From positions 18,109 through 82,108 of the forward strand of contig JAONAZ010000003.1 in the NCBI GenBank assembly GCA_028376655.1: a stretch of 64,000 nucleotides of DNA. Direction: 5' to 3'. Below, one piece after another: positions 63,250 through 64,000 of this stretch. Source of the stretch: Acidimicrobiia bacterium. Its GTDB lineage: Bacteria > Actinomycetota > Acidimicrobiia > Actinomarinales > Actinomarinaceae. The translations under genes and the position numbers were made by a program. How positions within the stretch are numbered: position 1 is the first letter of the stretch; every line of letters begins with the position of its first letter. A model generated the notes under the pieces. It was given only the letters and a program-made list of their open reading frames with translations. It was not told the origin of the DNA and ran no database searches.

Positions 63250-63860
63250 GCTTTAATCCCCAAATTCCAGATTGGGGTAAAAGTTTTTCCGACAATAACT
63301 TAGAAAAGCTACTTTCATATCATAATTGGCTTAAGGATACTGGAATTAAAACAGGGTTAATTAGCTCCAAATCAGATCAATTTATATGGGATGAGTTTAT
63401 TGTTCACTCTCTTTATTTTTATAAAATTATTCTTGATTTAAATACTTCTTTGACCAACGTATATGATTTAGGTACTGGTGCTGGAATCCCAGGAATACCT
63501 TATGGAATTGTTTCTGATAATAAAGTTCAATTAGTTGATATTAAACAAACTAGAATATTCGAATTAGAGCGTTTCTTGAACACCAATGAACTTCCAAATA
63601 TAACTGCATTAAAAGCTGATGCAGAGCTTTTTATAAAAAATCAAGATAATTCAATCTTTTTAATGAGATGCTATATTCCTAAAGATGATTTAATCGAGAA
63701 ATTAAAGAAGCATATGTTTACTAATAAAAACAATCTATTTATAATTTCTTCAAAATCAGACTCAAAAGAACTTAATAAAGACTTGTTTCACGTGAAACAA
63801 CAAAAATTTCTTATTAATCAGGATGAATATAGATTTATTGATGTTATAACAGTAAAGTGA
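63246..63860 (+). CDS. rsmG: 16S rRNA (guanine527-N7)-methyltransferase RsmG (GidB)
   Basis: The 204 aa ORF has the SAM motif [12 protein letters not shown] and sits between jag and parA. Confidence 0.8.
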   Translation: MSFNPQIPDWGKSFSDNNLEKLLSYHNWLKDTGIKTGLISSKSDQFIWDEFIVHSLYFYKIILDLNTSLTNVYDLGTGAGIPGIPYGIVSDNKVQLVDIKQTRIFELERFLNTNELPNITALKADAELFIKNQDNSIFLMRCYIPKDDLIEKLKKHMFTNKNNLFIISSKSDSKELNKDLFHVKQQKFLINQDEYRFIDVITVK

Positions 63861-64000
63861 AAACAATATCAATAATTTGCCAAAAAGGTGGCGTAGGAAA
63901 AACAACAACTGTAGTAAACCTAGCGACAACTTTTTCAACATTAGGTTATAAAACCCTAATTTTAGATCTAGACCCACAAGGGAATGTATCAACTTATTTA
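63857..64000 (+). CDS. parA: ParA/Soj chromosome partitioning ATPase (5' fragment, runs off the window)
   Basis: The GTG start overlaps the rsmG stop. The translation [43 protein letters not shown] contains the deviant Walker A KGGVGKTT. Confidence 0.85.
   Translation, partial: MKTISIICQKGGVGKTTTVVNLATTFSTLGYKTLILDLDPQGNVSTYL

Overview
This window is a visibly AT-rich, gene-dense bacterial chromosome segment with short intergenic gaps and many 1-4 nt start/stop overlaps. Gene content and order place it next to the replication origin of a streamlined, low-GC actinobacterium. On the + strand lie rpmH-rnpA-yidD-yidC-jag-rsmG-parA; on the - strand lie dnaA-dnaN-DUF721-gyrB-gyrA-DUF3566. Other actinobacterial markers are crgA, a PASTA kinase (pknB), a PP2C phosphatase (pstP), ribosomal protein bS22, a PAC2 protein and ask/asd. 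A planktonic lineage is my inference only. I call about 75 CDS, 7 tRNAs, a TPP riboswitch and a compact cobalamin riboswitch. The tRNAs are four tRNA-Ser isoacceptors plus tRNA-Arg(ACG) clustered with tadA and serS, and a divergent tRNA-Ala(UGC)/tRNA-Ile(GAU) pair. I saw no rRNA, CRISPR array, transposase, integrase or phage genes. The most notable observations are these. (1) At 41.1-49.5 kb, four paralogous acidic lipoproteins, each built from two copies of an unrecognised Cys-pair module, are wired to a MacB-type ABC exporter, a peptidoglycan-binding membrane-fusion protein, a small secreted helical protein and a divergent two-component system. (2) At 889-1125, an Rdx/SelW-type gene missed by the ORF track carries an in-frame UGA at the CxxU position, inside a perfect 19-nt palindrome. 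(3) Two near-identical perfect TGTGA-N6-TCACA (CRP/GlxR-type) sites occur. (4) dnaX contains an A AAA AAG heptamer (A8 run) whose -1 frame stops after four codons. (5) B12 and TPP riboswitches control orphan uptake components. (6) GyrA has a 15-nt tandem repeat encoding a KKPAA tail, and recF is absent from the dnaN-gyrB gap.
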